DNA of 64,000 nucleotides from Candidatus Methanomethylicaceae archaeon GD_Cm_T35_P0_bin.15 (GCA_038801785.1 JAULTD010000003.1:218021-282020); one strand, 5' to 3'. Positions 1 to 9,617 are shown, counted from the stretch's first letter. Made by a program: numbers and translations. Notes: generated by a model not told the origin, from the letters alone.

Positions 1-1
1 C

Positions 2-652
2 GAGGACGGCGCCAGCAGCATCCAGAATTATACGACGTGGAAGATCCCGGAGCTGAACCGACCGGTGAAAGAGCTGGGCTGGAAGAGCATCTGCGGTATG
101 TACAGGTCAATCTCGTCGAAGGAGCAGAACCACAAGTTCGATGCTGTCATGCGTCTCCTGGGATCGAGGGAGTTCGGAAAGGCGATCATATTCATCGAGT
201 CGGTTGAGGCAGCAGAGCAGTTAGGAGTCATGCTCCAAGGGCGGTACGGCATGGAGGAGGTGGCTGTGCTGGTGGGCAAGGGCGGCATGAGCATGGAGCA
301 GCAGGCATCGGCGCTCATCCAGTTCAAGGAGAGGGCCAGAATCTTGGTCTGCACGAGCATAGGCGAAGAGGGGTTGGACATCCCCGCCGCCGAGATCGAG
401 ATCTGGGTCGACCCGCCGAGCAACCCGAAGAAGTGGATCCAGAGGTTCGGCAGGATCCTCCGGCAGTCGGGGGGGAAGAAGACCGCCAAGACGTACGCGC
501 TGGTCAGCTACAGGACCCATGAGAGGAACAAGTTGCTCGGGACGAAGAGGAGGGTCGAGCGGGTATACGGGTTCACCCAGAGCCTGGTCGAGGAACCCCT
601 GCCGAAGGCGGCCTCCAAGAAGGGTCAGGAGAGGCTGACCAAGTACATCTAG
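2..652 (+). CDS. SF2 helicase, C-terminal domain (5' end cut by window edge)
   Basis: This frame has no stop from the window edge to the GTG at 65. Carries helicase C-terminal motifs TSIGEEGLDIP (V) and QRFGRILR (VI). Confidence 0.75.
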   Translation, partial: EDGASSIQNYTTWKIPELNRPVKELGWKSICGMYRSISSKEQNHKFDAVMRLLGSREFGKAIIFIESVEAAEQLGVMLQGRYGMEEVAVLVGKGGMSMEQQASALIQFKERARILVCTSIGEEGLDIPAAEIEIWVDPPSNPKKWIQRFGRILRQSGGKKTAKTYALVSYRTHERNKLLGTKRRVERVYGFTQSLVEEPLPKAASKKGQERLTKYI

Positions 653-1132
653 AGCGCCGTGAGTAAAGGTCCCAAAGGGACGGGGGAGGGGGCGGCATGC
701 CTCACTTCAGTGTCAAGTTCTAATGGCTTTAGCGCTGGGTGAAGGAGAGGAAGCTCCCGGCGGGTTTGGATACGCTGGAGCGTGGAAGGAGGTCAGGCAA
801 GGTCTGGCCTGATCGGGGTTGCCGTCAATAACCGAAGCGAGCCCCCCGATAACTTACGGCTGTCCATACGGGCTTTTTGGACCAGCAGAAGCACTCATTG
901 CGGGCGAGGACCGCCGCCTACTTTCGGAGAACAGCATGGGATGTCCGTATCGCAGCAGGTGAGATGACCATATGGATTTCAAAGATTATCTCCTCCGCCT
1001 CTTATGCTCCCCTAGATTCACAGGAAGGGGGACGGGCGCAAAGGTTGCTCGAGTTTCTTGATTATCTCGATTGCCGTGAGATGGCGAGAGTAAAAGCGGG
1101 GCAGTTCTGAACGCCCCTAGCCTTTGGAAGGT

Positions 1133-2536
1133 TCATGTGCAGGTAGCATAACTGATTGCATAATTGCCGGCGCCATCTACACTGGCGAACCACATCTTGA
1201 ACGTGCCGTCCACCTCGACGACCGCAGGGCAGTAGGTCCGACTTACCCTCCAGACTACGCCGTCGCTTTTGTGGAATATGGGGTTGTCTGCATCCTTGTT
1301 CCATGTCAGGCCGTCGCTCGACGTGGCGTAGCCGATCCCCTCGTTTGAGCTTCCGATTCCGCCACTGTACAGCATGTGGTATGTGGAGCCGATCTTGAGG
1401 ACCGTGCAGGCATAGACGTAGTTCGCGTCCCACGCGGATTCGCTGCCCGTGAGGACGGGATCGGCATTTCCGTCGCCATTCCTGTCGTATCCGGTCCAGG
1501 TCACGCCATCGCTAGAGAAGCCAGCGCCTATGCGCTCAACATTACCCGGCGTTCCATCGTAGTACATCATGAACGTCCAGTCCGTGCCGCTGTTTGAAGC
1601 CGATGGGTTGTAGAGGATACATGCTGGGCCATAGGAGCCCTTGTTCCAGTCCGACTCGATGCCAGTGATTATCGGTACAGCGCCGTTCTGAAGGGGTTGG
1701 TCATTGTACCAGTTCATACCGTCCGGAGATTCGGCATATCTGAGGGCCTCCACGGTGTATAATTTGTTCACATCCCAATACCATATCCTGTAGTGCATGG
1801 TTGCACCGCTGGGACCGCTCCCGCTGTTCTTGCCTGGGAAGCCATCCGGAAAGTACAGGACCCATGGGTGACCGGCATTTGACGGTAGCCCAGATATGGG
1901 GTTTGCGCCCTCATTCCAGACTATCCCGTCGTCTGAGTAGGCATATCCTATTGTGTATACGGAGCCAATAAGCGACCCAAACCACATCTTATACTTCGCC
2001 GAGTCCCCGTACCCGTTGAAGCTGTTCGCATCGTAGATCACACAAGGGTAGTAAGCCCTCAGCGCAGGATCAAAGACAGGGTTTTCCGCGTACTCGTTCC
2101 AGTTAACTAGGTAGAGTCTTTTGAGCGAGAACGTGCTGGATATCGCTGCACCCCCTTCGGTGGTCGTAACCTTCACATAATAGTTCCCGTTCTTGGGAGC
2201 CATGAGGGACCACGGCTCCACGGTAATCTCAACGAGTTGACCCGGGGGGACGCTTAGGGGGGATGGGATGGTGTATGCACCGGCGGCTCTCCCATCCGGC
2301 GATAGCAGATACACCCTGTCAACGACCAGGGTGTTTGTGCCAATGTTACGCATGTAAACGCTTGTCACGTCGTAATTTCTTGTCTTTACGGATTCTACCA
2401 TAGTTATCGGCGGGATTGAAGAGCCTGTCGTAGCCTCCCCGACGAAATCGTTGACGAAGGCGTAGGTGACAGTAGACCCTACAACAGACATAACAATGAG
2501 CATCAGGACAGAGATTAGGGGCGCTAACCCTTTCAT
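1133..2536 (-). CDS. Secreted beta-propeller protein (glycoside-hydrolase/BNR-like repeats) with archaeal pilin-like class III signal
   Basis: N-terminus MKGLAPLISVLMLIVMSVVGSTV resembles archaeal type IV pilin/DUF1628 signals. Repeated SDDG-x-W/T motifs (YSDDGIVWNEG, ESPDGMNWYND, FSSDGVTWTG, TSSDGLTWNKD) are typical of propeller blades. Confidence 0.6.
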   Translation of the reverse strand: MKGLAPLISVLMLIVMSVVGSTVTYAFVNDFVGEATTGSSIPPITMVESVKTRNYDVTSVYMRNIGTNTLVVDRVYLLSPDGRAAGAYTIPSPLSVPPGQLVEITVEPWSLMAPKNGNYYVKVTTTEGGAAISSTFSLKRLYLVNWNEYAENPVFDPALRAYYPCVIYDANSFNGYGDSAKYKMWFGSLIGSVYTIGYAYSDDGIVWNEGANPISGLPSNAGHPWVLYFPDGFPGKNSGSGPSGATMHYRIWYWDVNKLYTVEALRYAESPDGMNWYNDQPLQNGAVPIITGIESDWNKGSYGPACILYNPSASNSGTDWTFMMYYDGTPGNVERIGAGFSSDGVTWTGYDRNGDGNADPVLTGSESAWDANYVYACTVLKIGSTYHMLYSGGIGSSNEGIGYATSSDGLTWNKDADNPIFHKSDGVVWRVSRTYCPAVVEVDGTFKMWFASVDGAGNYAISYATCT

Positions 2537-2890
2537 AGTTCGAGGATGAAGAGTTCGAATATTTATTATTTACTATCTATTACCCATTAGTTGTTATTCG
2601 TTAGTTGTTATCAGCCGCGTTTTTGATCCTCACTCGGGACCTAATCAAAACGCAGAGTTTATCAAGGCTACACGGCCGGTCACTCCGGCCAACCTTCCCG
2701 AAGGGGCAGCTTTTAGACGCTGCCTCGAGCATCGCCCGCCCTTGTATGATAGAGGACGGCGGTGCGTCGATAAGCTGAGGCCCATGGCAAGCCGACGAAT
2801 TCGTCGAGGCGGCGTGCTGTGCAGCTGGCTGGTTCCGACTCCTTCGTATGGTAATTTTTTCATTGGCGCTGTGAGATTTCAGGTTTTTAA

Positions 2891-2995
2891 TGGTGGACCG
2901 GACGGGATTTGAACCCGTGGCCTCCCGCACCCTGGTGCGGAGGCGGCTCACCCGCATTGCCAAGCGGGCGCTCTGCCAGTCTGAGCTACCGGCCC
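2891..2995 (-). tRNA. tRNA-Ala(GGC) with ~28-nt intron, CCA encoded
   Basis: Reverse complement reads GGGCCGG-TA-GCTCAGACTGGCAGAGC ... ACGGGTTCAAATCCCGT-CCGGTCC-A-CCA. G3:U70 pair is the Ala identity element. Anticodon arm CCCGC-TTGGCA[insert]-GCGGG gives GGC, with the extra ~28 nt at or next to position 37/38. Confidence 0.8.
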
Positions 2996-3024
2996 CTCAG
3001 AGCATTAGATAAGGACGGGCACCC

Positions 3025-3036
3025 TTTTTTAAAGTT
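3025..3036 (-). promoter_or_regulatory. TATA-like box upstream of tRNA-Ala
   Basis: On the minus strand AACTTTAAAAAAGG lies about 30-40 nt upstream of tRNA position 1. Confidence 0.4.
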
Positions 3037-3388
3037 ATTCTTGTATTTCTGGCTGACCTGTCGGAGGAGGCGTAGCCGCGCCTCTTCCAGCGCCGGTTCC
3101 GGCCTCCATCCTCTGGAAGAACGAATCGACTGCCGCCTTTATCTTCTCCCATTCATTCTTTCTGTTGACCTCAAACTTGTGGACCCTCTTCCACGCCCCC
3201 TCTTGGTTCCGCCAGAGGTAGATGCTTATGTTCTTCCTCCCATAGTTCTCCACTAGCACGACCGCCGACCACCAGCCGGACGACTTTGAGATGGTTATAG
3301 AGTCAAGTACCTTCAGGGACTCGTGGACGGGCACCTTCTCCCCGGAAGCCGACAACTCATCACTCCCGCATCTTGGGAGTCTTTCCAT
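3035..3388 (-). CDS. Hypothetical small protein downstream of rpl37e (start uncertain)
   Basis: ORF in the LSm-L37e operon orientation. Possible starts are ATG 3388 (overlaps L37e), TTG 3355 or GTG 3334. Globular-looking sequence ([37 protein letters not shown]); no family recognised. Confidence 0.45.
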   Translation of the reverse strand: MERLPRCGSDELSASGEKVPVHESLKVLDSITISKSSGWWSAVVLVENYGRKNISIYLWRNQEGAWKRVHKFEVNRKNEWEKIKAAVDSFFQRMEAGTGAGRGAATPPPTGQPEIQE

Positions 3389-3503
3389 AGCCGCACGCGG
3401 AGCAGAACTTCTTGCGTATGTGATAGCTGCGGCTGCCGCACCTTCTGCACGAGATGTGGGTCAGTCCCCTGTTCCTGCGACCGAACGACGTAGTGCCCTT
3501 CAT
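3360..3503 (-). CDS. rpl37e: 50S ribosomal protein L37e
   Basis: 47-codon ORF below the track cutoff: [47 protein letters not shown]. It has the C4 zinc ribbon and GTxSFG N-terminus of eL37 and sits directly downstream of the Sm gene. Confidence 0.85.
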   Translation of the reverse strand: MKGTTSFGRRNRGLTHISCRRCGSRSYHIRKKFCSACGYGKTPKMRE

Positions 3504-3510
3504 CTTGGGC

Positions 3511-3741
3511 TCACCTCGGCGACGGGGAGACTATGACCACGTTGTCCCCCCTCACGATTATGGTCCCCAGCTTCCTCGGCTCCTTCTCAGCGGCGAGCTC
3601 CTCGGCGTCGTCGAGCACCAGGTTGAGGTGCTGGTCGAAGCTCTTCAGGAGGCCGCGTACCTCCCTGCCCCCCTTCAGCTTGACGAGTACAGACGACCCG
3701 AGTGACTCGCTTAAAATTTCCGTTGCGCCAGTCTCGCTCAT
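3511..3741 (-). CDS. Sm-like (LSm) archaeal protein SmAP
   Basis: 76 aa with Sm1/Sm2 motifs ([31 protein letters not shown] ... [15 protein letters not shown]). Confidence 0.9.
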   Translation of the reverse strand: MSETGATEILSESLGSSVLVKLKGGREVRGLLKSFDQHLNLVLDDAEELAAEKEPRKLGTIIVRGDNVVIVSPSPR

Positions 3742-3821
3742 CGTATATTCCTGCCGTAAAGGTTATCTAGCATCCTTGGGTTTAGGGGAGTTGTTATTTA
3801 AGCCTATCGGAGAGCCTGAAC

Positions 3822-4319
3822 TTGCTCATAAAGAAGAGGCACAGACTGAGTTCCAAGGACCTGAAGGACCTGATCGAGGAGGTCAGGAAGATAGGCCCGG
3901 ACTTTTCCGGCCAGGTGGACGTGAAGAAAGGCGTCGAGCTTGTCGAGGACGAGGATGGTCTGAGGATCTACCTCCAGGACGGGAAGCCCATACTGATAGA
4001 CGCGGGGGGGAGGATACTCCCCTCGCTGGCTGCGCCTCAGGCGGCCGCGATCCTCCCGAGGGTCACGGTGGACATGGGAGCGGTCCCCTTCGTTGTCAAG
4101 GGGGCGGATGTGATGGCGCCGGGCATAAGGACCATCTCGGAGGGGACGAGGGTCGGGGATCTGGTCCTAGTGGTGGACGAGAAACATTCGAAGGGTCTAG
4201 CAATCGGCGTCCTGCTCATGGAGAGAGAGGAGGTCCTGAAGAGTAGGAAGGGAAAGGCCGTCAAGAACATGCACCACGTCGGTGACGACATCTGGGGCCT
4301 CACCCAGTCAGTAAGGTAG
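3822..4319 (+). CDS. PUA domain RNA-binding protein (MCT-1/Tma20-like)
   Basis: C-terminal PUA signature (VTVDMGAVPFVVKGADVMAPGI ... GDLVLVVDEKHSKGLAIGV). TTG start per track. Confidence 0.8.
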   Translation: MLIKKRHRLSSKDLKDLIEEVRKIGPDFSGQVDVKKGVELVEDEDGLRIYLQDGKPILIDAGGRILPSLAAPQAAAILPRVTVDMGAVPFVVKGADVMAPGIRTISEGTRVGDLVLVVDEKHSKGLAIGVLLMEREEVLKSRKGKAVKNMHHVGDDIWGLTQSVR

Positions 4320-4369
4320 AACCCGGCGCGGCGGGGGTTGAATTTAGGCTGAGCCGGCGCTGGCAGGGA

Positions 4370-6292
4370 TCACTTGACCCTCAGGCGGTCGCCAATGGTC
4401 GGCGCGGCGGCATCGACGTGGAAGAAGCGCCTCACCGCATCCGCCATGCCGGTGCACTTGCTCTCTTCGCCGTGCACTATCAGCACCTGCTTTGGGCGCG
4501 GCGCGAGGTTGTTGACGAAGCGCAGGAGCTGCTTCCTGTCGCTGTGGCCGGAGAAGCCGTCGACCGAGTGAACGTCCATGTGGACGGGTATGACGCTGAT
4601 CTTGCCGGATGAGTCGCTCAGCGGTATCTCGCGGAGTCCACGCAGGACCGACCTTCCCAGCGTCCCCTCGATCTGGTAGTTCACGAATATCATCGTGTTC
4701 TTCTGATCCGGGGCGAGCAGCCTGAAGTACTCAAGGGCAGGCCCGCCGATGAGCATGCCTGAGGTCGCCATTATTATGCACGGCCCGCCCTCGGCTATAT
4801 CGGGCCGGGCACTCTTGTCGTCGACGCTGACGAAGTGCTCCGAGAGGAACGGGTTCTCGCCCTTATGGAATATTCTGTTCTTCAGGTCCCTGGCCAGCTC
4901 CTCGGGGTAGGCGGTGTGGATCGCCGTGACCTCCTGGAGCATCCCCTCGATGTAGACCGGCACCTGCGGGATCGATCCGGACTTTATCGCCTCGTCGAGG
5001 ACGAGCATTATCTCCTGGGCCCTCCCCACGGCTAGGATGGGTATCAGGACCTTGCCGCCCCTCTCTATTGTCGCCCTGATATAGCTCAGGAACTGGCGTT
5101 CCGTCTCCTCCCTAGTCGGGACGACGTCCGTCGGGGCGCCGTATGTGCTCTCCATGATGAGGGTCTCCGCCCTCGGGAACGACGCGTTAGCGGGCTCGAG
5201 GAGGCGGCTCCGGGCATACTTGAAGTCGCCGGTGTAGACGATGTTGTACAGCCCTTCGCCTATGTGGAGGTGAACCATCGCGGAGCCCAGTATGTGCCCG
5301 GCGTTGTGGAGTGTGAGCCTGATGTCGGGGGAGATGTCGGTGACCTCGCCATAGTCGAGGGTGATCGTGTGCAGGAGCTCCTTCTTCACATCCTTCAGTC
5401 CGTAGGGGGTTGTCCGCCCCTCCTTCACGGCTACGTCCAGGTAGTCGAGCTGGAGGAGGGTCATCATGCTCTTCGTAGGCTTGGTGCAGTAGACCGGACC
5501 GCCGTAGCCGTACTTGAAGAGGAGGGGAACGAGGCCGCAGTGATCCAGGTGGGCGTGCGTCACGATGATGGCATCAAGCTCGTCTATCTGGAACTCTGAG
5601 ACGTCGAGGCGCGGGAACTCGTCGAGAGGGTTCTGAGCGCCGGGCCTGACGCCGCAGTCTATGAGGACCTTGCTGTCCAGCGTCTGGATGAAGATCGCCT
5701 GCCTGCCGACCTCCCTGAAGCCGCCGAGCGCGGAGATGGTTATCCAGTTGCTGTTGTAGACCCTGGGCCGGTGGATCCTCCTCCCGACGCTCCTGAGGAA
5801 ATCCAGTCGGTACTCGCTCTCCTTGCTCTGGTAGTAGAGGGTCTGCTCGATGATCCTGGACTTGAGCGGGGGCGACCTTATTATTGTGGGGCGCCAGCCG
5901 GTCGAGGAGGCGATGTCCCTCAGGGTCGATCCGCCCTTGCCGATGACGAGACCGGGCTTCTTGGCCAGGATGGTCACCTCGCCAGTCCCCTCGTCGAAGT
6001 TCATCTCGGTGATCTCGGCTTCCGCGGGGATCAGCTCCCCGATCACCTTGCGGGCGAGGTCCTCCTTCTTCCTTGCGCTGGGATCGGCCCTCACGACGAC
6101 GCGCTTCTTGATCTCGCGGACGATCCGCTTTATGGGCTCGCTGTTCTCAAAGAGGACGTTCGGGTTCTCGGCGTAGATGATTATGGAAGGGCCCTCAAAC
6201 TCGACGCGGGTCAGCCTGGCGTCCGCTGGGATCTCGCGCGAGATGACCTTACGTATCTCTCCGAAAGTGTCCATAGTACCCGCATTAGTCAT
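4370..6292 (-). CDS. fttA: aCPSF1 beta-CASP ribonuclease / transcription termination factor (KH-KH-MBL-beta-CASP)
   Basis: 640 aa. N-terminal KH region (GLVIGKGGSTLRDI), MBL motif THAHLDHCG, and a beta-CASP C-terminus ending in the HGE motif. Confidence 0.92.
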   Translation of the reverse strand: MTNAGTMDTFGEIRKVISREIPADARLTRVEFEGPSIIIYAENPNVLFENSEPIKRIVREIKKRVVVRADPSARKKEDLARKVIGELIPAEAEITEMNFDEGTGEVTILAKKPGLVIGKGGSTLRDIASSTGWRPTIIRSPPLKSRIIEQTLYYQSKESEYRLDFLRSVGRRIHRPRVYNSNWITISALGGFREVGRQAIFIQTLDSKVLIDCGVRPGAQNPLDEFPRLDVSEFQIDELDAIIVTHAHLDHCGLVPLLFKYGYGGPVYCTKPTKSMMTLLQLDYLDVAVKEGRTTPYGLKDVKKELLHTITLDYGEVTDISPDIRLTLHNAGHILGSAMVHLHIGEGLYNIVYTGDFKYARSRLLEPANASFPRAETLIMESTYGAPTDVVPTREETERQFLSYIRATIERGGKVLIPILAVGRAQEIMLVLDEAIKSGSIPQVPVYIEGMLQEVTAIHTAYPEELARDLKNRIFHKGENPFLSEHFVSVDDKSARPDIAEGGPCIIMATSGMLIGGPALEYFRLLAPDQKNTMIFVNYQIEGTLGRSVLRGLREIPLSDSSGKISVIPVHMDVHSVDGFSGHSDRKQLLRFVNNLAPRPKQVLIVHGEESKCTGMADAVRRFFHVDAAAPTIGDRLRVK

Positions 6293-6324
6293 CCGTTACA
6301 CCTTTTTGCAACCGCTACTGGGAG

Positions 6325-7047
6325 TCACATGGCAAGGAGCTGGGAGATTTCGTCGTCGCTCAACTCCCTGACGCCCTCCTTGCTGATCGTGAGGACGTCG
6401 ATCCCCTCCCCGCTCCCCGGATCCCGCTCGATGGCAGACTTGACTGCCTTGACTATGACAGGCAGGGCCTCCTCGGTCGTCGGCTCCTTCTTCAGGGCGG
6501 CTTCCATCACTCCGACCGCGTAGGGAGAGCCGGAACCCGTAGAGATGAACTTCTCCTCGGTCAGCGTCCCGAACCAGTCGAGGACATACAGCCTCGGGCC
6601 CGCCTCGTCGTACCCTGCGATGATAAGCTGGACTATGTACGGGAAAAACTTCGAGCTCAGGAGCACGTTGGAGGTGAGGGTGGCCACCAGCTTCGTCGAG
6701 ACCTGGCCCTTGAGGGCCAGCTTCTGGAGGTTGATCTGTGACCGGATGTACTCCATAATCATCTGTGCGTCTGCCACTAGGCCGGCTATGGTTGCAGCCT
6801 TGTTCTCATCCAGAACGAAGAGCTTCCTGCCCCTCTTGTGGGCGACATAGAGACCGGAGGTCACCCTCCTGTCGGTGGCAAGGATCACCCCGTCTCTGCA
6901 CACTACTCCGACCGTCGTCGTGCCCTTCTTGAGCTTCTCGTACAGTGCCAGTTTGTCATTGAAAGTTTGCGTCGACAATGTCAGGCCTCCACAGTCAGGT
7001 GGAGAATAAATAGCCCATTTATTCAAATAACAGCAATTGCTACTCAT
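6325..7047 (-). CDS. psmB: Proteasome beta subunit (paralog 1; start uncertain)
   Basis: Propeptide followed by the active-site Thr (KKG|TTTVGVVCRDGVILATDRRVT). The N-terminal extension in the track is probably too long. Confidence 0.9.
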   Translation of the reverse strand: MSSNCCYLNKWAIYSPPDCGGLTLSTQTFNDKLALYEKLKKGTTTVGVVCRDGVILATDRRVTSGLYVAHKRGRKLFVLDENKAATIAGLVADAQMIMEYIRSQINLQKLALKGQVSTKLVATLTSNVLLSSKFFPYIVQLIIAGYDEAGPRLYVLDWFGTLTEEKFISTGSGSPYAVGVMEAALKKEPTTEEALPVIVKAVKSAIERDPGSGEGIDVLTISKEGVRELSDDEISQLLAM

Positions 7048-7159
7048 ATTTAAGCATAACCTTTGACAGGCACTGCCGCCCTGCCAGGGCAGCTTCAGTC
7101 ACCATGCGCCGGCCGCAACCGCGGCTGGGCGGGGCGCGTGTTGATGTGTATCGATACCC

Positions 7160-7167
7160 TATTTATA
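7160..7167 (+). promoter_or_regulatory. TATA-like box upstream of egsA
   Basis: TATTTATA lies about 41-48 nt upstream of the ATG at 7208, in the divergent psmB/egsA intergenic region. Confidence 0.35.
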
Positions 7168-7207
7168 GTGGAACGCATAATGTATCACGGAAAGGCGATA
7201 GGCTCGG

Positions 7208-8260
7208 ATGCACATCCATGCGATCAACCTGCCCAGGTTCGTCATAGTCGGATCAGGCGTCATACCAAAGGTGAAGGAGGTTCTCCTCAGGCTGAATGTC
7301 GAGGATCAGGTGCTCCTGATCAGCGGGGAGAACTATACTAGAGAGCCCGCCTCCCTCGTCAAGGACAGCGTCGAGGAGCTCGGCCTGACAATCCATTCCA
7401 TCGGGGTGAGGGAGGCGTCGCCTGCTGGAGTCGAGACCGTCGAGGCGAGGATAAGGGAGACTGGCGCATCGATGGTGATCAGCGTCGGAGGGGGGAAGAC
7501 GATCGATGTCGCCAAGCTGGCGTCCAACAAACAGAACATACCGTTCATAAGCGTCCCCACATCGGCAGCGCACGACGGGATCTCGTCGCCGATCGCATCG
7601 ATAAAAGGCGCGAACGGATCGCTCTCAGTCATGGCACAGCCTCCGGTGGCGCTCCTGGCCGACACGGACATCATCGAGAAATCCCCCAGAAGGTTCACCA
7701 TCAGCGGCTGCGGCGATATCATTGCGAAGTACACTGCCGTGAGGGACTGGGGCCTGGCCCACAGGCTGAGGGGCGAATACTATGGAGATTATGCGGCATC
7801 GCTGGCGCTTATGTCCGCGGAGCTCGTCCATGAGAACATAGATCTGGTCGCCAAGGGGCTTGATGCCGGCATCAGGGTCGTCATAGAGGCGCTGATCAGC
7901 TGCGGCTACGCCATGTGCATAGCGGGGAGCAGCAGGCCCTGCAGCGGCTCCGAGCACCTCTTCAGCCACGCCCTGGACAGGATCTGCGCCGGAGGTGCGC
8001 TCCACGGGGAGAAGTGCGGGGTAGGCACGATACTGATGATGTACCTCCACGGCGGCGACTGGAGGAGCATCAGGGATGTACTCGAGAGGGTGGGTGCCCC
8101 GACCACCGCCAAACAGATCGGGGTTACTGACGAGCAGCTCGTCGAGGCCCTCACCATCTCGCACACGATGAGGCCCGACAGGTACACCATACTAGGGGAC
8201 AAGGGGATCACGCCGGAGGCTGCCAGGGACCTTGCCAGGCTTACTGGCGTTATTGAGTGA
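7208..8260 (+). CDS. egsA: Glycerol-1-phosphate dehydrogenase [NAD(P)+]
   Basis: 350 aa iron-type alcohol dehydrogenase fold. The G1PDH N-terminus (PRFVIVGSGVI) and GGGKTIDVAK motif mark the archaeal lipid-backbone enzyme. Confidence 0.9.
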   Translation: MHIHAINLPRFVIVGSGVIPKVKEVLLRLNVEDQVLLISGENYTREPASLVKDSVEELGLTIHSIGVREASPAGVETVEARIRETGASMVISVGGGKTIDVAKLASNKQNIPFISVPTSAAHDGISSPIASIKGANGSLSVMAQPPVALLADTDIIEKSPRRFTISGCGDIIAKYTAVRDWGLAHRLRGEYYGDYAASLALMSAELVHENIDLVAKGLDAGIRVVIEALISCGYAMCIAGSSRPCSGSEHLFSHALDRICAGGALHGEKCGVGTILMMYLHGGDWRSIRDVLERVGAPTTAKQIGVTDEQLVEALTISHTMRPDRYTILGDKGITPEAARDLARLTGVIE

Positions 8261-8281
8261 GCGAAAACTGAGGATAATAGG

Positions 8282-8773
8282 ATGAGAGCGAAGGAGGGGA
8301 CTGCCATCCCGGAACCCAAGCAGAAGGGAGTGGTGACGTTCGTCGGCGAGGGGCAGGCAGCCGTGGGGTTCAGGTTCGTGGCATCCGCTCCGCCCGAGGT
8401 CTGCAGGAAATGCAAGCTCTTCCTTGTCTGCATGGGCAGGCTCAAGCCCGGCAGGGCGTACATGGTCATCGAGCTGAAGGAGAAGGAGCATTACTGCCCC
8501 CTTTACGAGGGGAAGGTGCGGGTCGCGAAGGTGGTCCAGGCCCCGATCGAGGCGCTGGTCAAGCCCCAATTCGCCGTCGAGGGGGCGACCGTTACGATCT
8601 CCATCGAGGAGTGCGGCGAGAAGGCGTGCTCCCTGGCGATGGTCTGCAGGCCCGAGGGGGTCAGGAACGGTGATAAGATAAGGATAGAGAAGGTCGGGGA
8701 GGACGTCTCAAAGGTCGTCCCCTGCTCCAAAAGGCTGAAGAGGGTCACTGCTCTTGTTGTTGAGCCTTCCTAG
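8282..8773 (+). CDS. UPF0179 family protein
   Basis: Cys pattern and motifs CRKCKL..C..LKPGRAY.V...KEKEHYCPL, APIEA, AVEGA, CRPEG..GDKIRI match my recollection of the archaeal UPF0179 family. Confidence 0.75.
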   Translation: MRAKEGTAIPEPKQKGVVTFVGEGQAAVGFRFVASAPPEVCRKCKLFLVCMGRLKPGRAYMVIELKEKEHYCPLYEGKVRVAKVVQAPIEALVKPQFAVEGATVTISIEECGEKACSLAMVCRPEGVRNGDKIRIEKVGEDVSKVVPCSKRLKRVTALVVEPS

Positions 8774-9617
8774 GCCTTCCCCTCTTCTCTGTTCCCTTTA
8801 CTCCTTTCTCTGCCTCCTCCTTCGGGGCCGGAGCAGCTGCCCCCTCGGCCTTGGCCTCAGCTCCTTCAGACGCCTTCCCGCCTGCTGGTGCCTCTCCGGG
8901 CTTTGCTGCTGGCGGCGCCTTTGCAGCGGCAGGCTTGACGGCGTAGGTCTCTATAAACTGGACTGATGTGACGTCGGGGAAGTAGCGCGAGATCTCCTTG
9001 GAGAGACCCTTCTTGGCGAACTGTATATCCTCGGCGGTGAACGCCTCCTCGGGCATCTCGATCGTCACCATGCTGCCGAGGGTGGAGATGAGGAACCTGT
9101 CCTTCGGGACGTTCCTGACCCTCCTGTGTATAAGCTCGCGGATCTTATCGGGCATCTCCGAGAGGATCTTCCTCAGATAGATCTTCGCGAGGAGGGTCCT
9201 GCCTGCGAGCGGGTGGTTGTAGTCGATCGTGACCCTCCCGCTCCCGACGCTCCTTACGGTCGCCAGCGACCCGCCGATCTCCAGCCTGGCCCCAGGCCTG
9301 GGGGTCACGCCCTGGCGCGTCAGGTCGCGTGCCGGGACGATCCGCACCTTGGTGCTGTCCCTCTCGCCGAAAGCGTTCTGCGGAGGGATCTCGATATCCT
9401 TCTCATCCCCTTCGTTCATGCCCTGGAGGGCTTCATCGATCCCCTTCAGGACCCAGCCTTGGCCTACGACCACAAGCCTAGGCTCGTAGGTCTGGTCTGG
9501 GAGGTAAACGTTGGCAGCTTTGGCCTCATCTGCCATGGTCACATCGAAGACTTCCCCCGTGTCCTTCGATTTGATAATGTAATCCGCGAGGACGAAGTCA
9601 TCATTCTTAACAGGCAT
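8745..9617 (-). CDS. FKBP-type peptidyl-prolyl cis-trans isomerase (long archaeal type) with low-complexity A/P/K/E tail
   Basis: FKBP core (VVVGQGWVLKGIDEALQGMNEGDEKDIEIPPQNAFGERD) with an IF/flap region. The C-terminal ~70 aa are Ala/Pro/Lys/Glu-rich. Confidence 0.85.
   Translation of the reverse strand: MPVKNDDFVLADYIIKSKDTGEVFDVTMADEAKAANVYLPDQTYEPRLVVVGQGWVLKGIDEALQGMNEGDEKDIEIPPQNAFGERDSTKVRIVPARDLTRQGVTPRPGARLEIGGSLATVRSVGSGRVTIDYNHPLAGRTLLAKIYLRKILSEMPDKIRELIHRRVRNVPKDRFLISTLGSMVTIEMPEEAFTAEDIQFAKKGLSKEISRYFPDVTSVQFIETYAVKPAAAKAPPAAKPGEAPAGGKASEGAEAKAEGAAAPAPKEEAEKGVKGTEKRGRPRKAQQQEQ

Noticed and set aside
653-2890. Assigning the two non-coding gaps to RNase P RNA or SRP RNA
   Set aside because: I could not find the hallmark motifs on either strand: GAGGAAAGTCC and GGTAAACCCC-type for RNase P, or a GGAA/GNAR-capped helix-8 AGCA motif for SRP. 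They are reported only as unclassified candidates.
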